A DNA stretch of 64,000 bases from a virus: positions 1-64,000 of IMG/VR virus record IMGVR_UViG_3300029906_000002; one strand, given 5' to 3'. The position numbers and the translations under genes were made by a program. Positions within the stretch are counted from its first letter, which is position 1; the number at the start of each line of letters is the position of its first letter. The notes beneath the pieces are model-generated. The model saw only the letters and a list, made by a program, of their open reading frames with translations, had not been told where the DNA came from and did not search any database. This document shows, piece by piece, positions 60,803 to 64,000 of the stretch.

Positions 60803-63800
60803 TTAATCCTCCTCTGCAATAAATCGTTTATCAAGAGCTTTTAATAGTTTAATTGGGGCAAATAGACTATATCCATTCCATACTGTATCTTCATCCTTTC
60901 CTCCGCCACCTCCATTTATAGATTGGTTTTTTATTCTATTTCCTTGTAATGAAGATGTACTATTTTCATTAATATCATTTAAGTATATGTTCTTACCTTC
61001 CGAAACAAGCATATTATTAAAAGCTCCAACTGTTGAAATCGGGTCTGGATTATCTGGATTAATTGTAGGAACATAATATTTTTGTCCTATTGCATTTTCT
61101 TTCTCTTCAAATACAACATCATACAAATAAAATCCGTTATTCAATACGGTAGGAATATATTCATCAGTTTCTTCATTATGTGTTATATAATACACCTTAC
61201 CTGTTTCTCCTCTTATTGATGAAAAATTAGTGGTTTGGTCAGGATTCATGATAAGTGTTTGCATAGTCCCTTCAAGATATTGTACTACACTATTAACAAC
61301 ATCTTGTATATTCCTTGTATTCTGAATAAGGCAAGTAGCTATTACTTCAGTAGCCTCATCGGGAATATCGAACTGTATATTGTTTTCTTCATCCGGAATT
61401 AAATCGAGAGTAGGCATAACATCTTTTTCTTGATTCAATACTTCCTCATGATTTCTTATCCACATATTCTTTCTATATGTAGAATCTATGATTGCTGGAA
61501 TTTCGGATGTAACGCCATCATCAAGAAGTATTTCTGTAGTAAATCCTGTTGGATCAACAGTAAACTTGATAGATACGGTAAAGTCTGTTATTATACGATC
61601 AGTATATGCAATAACAACAGGCTTGGTTACTCCTGTCAATACTCCGCCTTCATTATCGCATACATAAAGTTGTGATAACATTTGAGCCATATAATTGAAA
61701 TGAACAAATTCGTATGGCTTCGTTCTTGTTTGTCCTATTGATTTCTCTGTAAGTGGAGTGAACATATTAATAGGTACGGAAAGATCATGATCTGAAGCAA
61801 GTCTTAACATGGTAACGTATGTAACACCTACATCTATCAATGATCCCCATTTTTTAGGAAGCTTTGTATAAGATATTGATGCATAATCTGCTGCGCTGTC
61901 TTGATCTGGAACCGAATAGATAGGATTTCCTTCGTTTGCAGTATTAGCAAGAGGCTGCTTTCCGGTTTTGTCTATCCACCAATTCAAATCTCTATATACT
62001 GTAGAAAAACTAAATGTGACACTTGTATTAGGACACAAGTTCATTCCGACATCACCTTGGTTTTGATTCTGAGGATCTCCTGCCGCACATATAGCCAAAG
62101 CAAACATTGGATATTTAAGTAATACACTAAATAATTGTCCTCTGTCTTTTGAGTATATTGTTTCATTATAAAATGATAATCTATCTTTTGTAACAAAAGA
62201 CATATCTTCAGTATGCTTTCCAGACCATCCTTTTTGTACATCTCCATTATTCCCTTCTTCCGGTATTAATGCCCATGATAAAGCTGGTCTGTTTCCTTTT
62301 CTCTCGAAGTCAACATCGTTTAATCCGGGAAGAATTGTACCATTGAATACACCTGTTTCCGAATTGAATTTAAGCGTATAATTCATATAGTCGTCTTCCG
62401 TAACGCAACAAGGTTCAATCAAGCACTGATATTGTACAGACTGATTATCTGCCATATAGGCAACCAACTTAGCGTATTCAAGTGTTTCTACAACAAGTTC
62501 TCCAGCCGTTATCTCAAGCGTTGTAGTACCTTCCTTGGTGAATTCATTTTCTGGAGTAACCAGTCGCATGTCATTCTGATACATATCACTTGAGAAATCC
62601 CATTCTTCGGGTAATTCGCCTTCTGTAGGCTTCTCTCCTTCTGGTGGTAATACGGGTATAAACGGGTCACGTTCGCTATTCTCACGTATCCTGATAGTAG
62701 CCTTTTCCTCTAATCCAAACGCTACTCCATCGCCAATAGTGCTTACATCCTGTGTAGAGATAGTTTTGGTCATATCTTCATTGGTGACGGATGCAGTCAT
62801 CTTGCAGGAATCTTCGGATAACTTGAGTAAGCCTTCCATATTGGTAATGACAAGTTCGGCGTTACCTGTAATGTTGTATTTGTTTGCATACTGCTTTAAT
62901 GCGTATTGGTATTGTGACAATCCTCCACTGGTAGATAGCATAGTTTCAGAGTAGGATGTAACCGTTTCTGCTTCTGCTGCATTGGCTTCAAGCGACGAGT
63001 TGATACCAAACTCAACCGTTGGTTTAAGTGGTCTAAAATCGACTATTTTGCCTTCACGGTATTCAGCATTGAATGTGTTAGTCGTATATAACCACCTGTA
63101 GAAGTATTGGAACTTGCTGGTATCTGTAACATCTCCTCCTTTACAGTATTGAACCTCAATGGTCACATAGTACAATCTATCCGGCAGCAGGACGGGTTGT
63201 GAATCAGTATCTCCATCACCTACTTCAATTTTGTAATACTCCGAGTTGAGTGGAATAGTCTCGCTGAATGAACCCGAATAAGAATTCTTCTTGGATACAT
63301 TATAGATGATGGTCTGTACCTTTCCGTTACGTGCCAAACAAGACATGATGAATCTTACTCCTGCTATGCTATATCCTTCTTCTGGATAAGCCTGCAAAGC
63401 CCAACCAAGTATGATGCTGTCCTCGTTACGGAAGTAACGCCATTCGTAAAGCTCAATGAAGCCGGAACCAACCTTATCCAACTGAATAACACCTGAACGG
63501 GCAAGATAGGTTATGGGTCCCCAAGTCATACAAGGCGTGATGGTATAGGCTATGGAACGCTCTTCACGTTTCTCAACGTCATATCCTTTGATAGTAGTAA
63601 GCAAGGCTTCGTCATGACGGTTGTCGAGTACTTGTTCGCCGTCGTTTTCTACAACAGTGGCAGCTTCCCACATTAAATGGCTATGATTTTTTGTGGATGT
63701 TCCTTCGGCATTTGTATCCGTGATATCGGCAGTAACAGCATATAGGTACACATCGTTATCCGATTCAAACTGCATCTCTACAGTAATGGCCACGTCTCTT

Positions 63801-64000
63801 AATGTGCTTGATGCTTCAGCTCCTTCCTGGTCGTTGAATTCACAAATGACAGATACCGAGAAGCTATCCACAGTAACCAGTTCGGCAATCAGTAACAGTT
63901 CACCAGATACCTTGGAATTGAACACATTGAACGGTGATTCAATAAGACTACGGTAGCTATCCACATCTGGTGTACCATCAGGGTTATCCTCCATCTCAGG
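60803..64000 (-). CDS. Large acidic structural (tail-associated) protein, probably 5'-truncated by the window edge
   Basis: At least 1063 aa, frame open to the window end, adjacent to the muzzle-like gene. Confidence 0.6.
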   Translation of the reverse strand, partial: PEMEDNPDGTPDVDSYRSLIESPFNVFNSKVSGELLLIAELVTVDSFSVSVICEFNDQEGAEASSTLRDVAITVEMQFESDNDVYLYAVTADITDTNAEGTSTKNHSHLMWEAATVVENDGEQVLDNRHDEALLTTIKGYDVEKREERSIAYTITPCMTWGPITYLARSGVIQLDKVGSGFIELYEWRYFRNEDSIILGWALQAYPEEGYSIAGVRFIMSCLARNGKVQTIIYNVSKKNSYSGSFSETIPLNSEYYKIEVGDGDTDSQPVLLPDRLYYVTIEVQYCKGGDVTDTSKFQYFYRWLYTTNTFNAEYREGKIVDFRPLKPTVEFGINSSLEANAAEAETVTSYSETMLSTSGGLSQYQYALKQYANKYNITGNAELVITNMEGLLKLSEDSCKMTASVTNEDMTKTISTQDVSTIGDGVAFGLEEKATIRIRENSERDPFIPVLPPEGEKPTEGELPEEWDFSSDMYQNDMRLVTPENEFTKEGTTTLEITAGELVVETLEYAKLVAYMADNQSVQYQCLIEPCCVTEDDYMNYTLKFNSETGVFNGTILPGLNDVDFERKGNRPALSWALIPEEGNNGDVQKGWSGKHTEDMSFVTKDRLSFYNETIYSKDRGQLFSVLLKYPMFALAICAAGDPQNQNQGDVGMNLCPNTSVTFSFSTVYRDLNWWIDKTGKQPLANTANEGNPIYSVPDQDSAADYASISYTKLPKKWGSLIDVGVTYVTMLRLASDHDLSVPINMFTPLTEKSIGQTRTKPYEFVHFNYMAQMLSQLYVCDNEGGVLTGVTKPVVIAYTDRIITDFTVSIKFTVDPTGFTTEILLDDGVTSEIPAIIDSTYRKNMWIRNHEEVLNQEKDVMPTLDLIPDEENNIQFDIPDEATEVIATCLIQNTRNIQDVVNSVVQYLEGTMQTLIMNPDQTTNFSSIRGETGKVYYITHNEETDEYIPTVLNNGFYLYDVVFEEKENAIGQKYYVPTINPDNPDPISTVGAFNNMLVSEGKNIYLNDINENSTSSLQGNRIKNQSINGGGGGKDEDTVWNGYSLFAPIKLLKALDKRFIAEED

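Noticed and set aside
1-64000. Stop-codon reassignment, CRISPR array or diversity-generating retroelement
   Set aside because: Genes are intact in the standard code with TAA, TGA and TAG used as stops; no repeat-spacer array, reverse transcriptase or TR/VR pair seen.

Overview
Segment of a Crassvirales-like (crAss-like) phage of a Bacteroidota host, read with the standard genetic code. Positions 1-17.4 kb (+ strand) hold small early/middle genes: Gp157-like, dUTPase, radical SAM, dATP/dGTP diphosphohydrolase-like, ThyX, HAD phosphatase, ASCH-like, P63C and many shuffled small ORFs. They converge at a terminator (~17.65 kb) with a minus-strand virion module: a partial tail protein, a 1677-aa tail/muzzle-like protein, GG-motif cargo proteins, DUF192, a Bro-N/ANT cassette and four ejected-protein-like genes (3196-aa SF1-helicase-containing, 3772-aa RNA polymerase with DFDGD, ~352-aa zincin, 1732-aa PD-(D/E)xK nuclease). 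Highlights: (1) a head-to-tail terminal-cysteine relay across the four ejected-protein genes; (2) a group I intron in dUTPase with an HNH ORF in L1 and a tRNA-Met(CAT)-like cloverleaf nested in its P7 extension; (3) a LAGLIDADG endonuclease inserted in frame in ThyX with no recognisable intein splicing domain; (4) a kissing-loop leader RNA upstream of the Bro-N gene; (5) a repeated basic/aromatic-x-x-GG motif in the cargo proteins. All calls come from reading motifs by eye; no searches were run.
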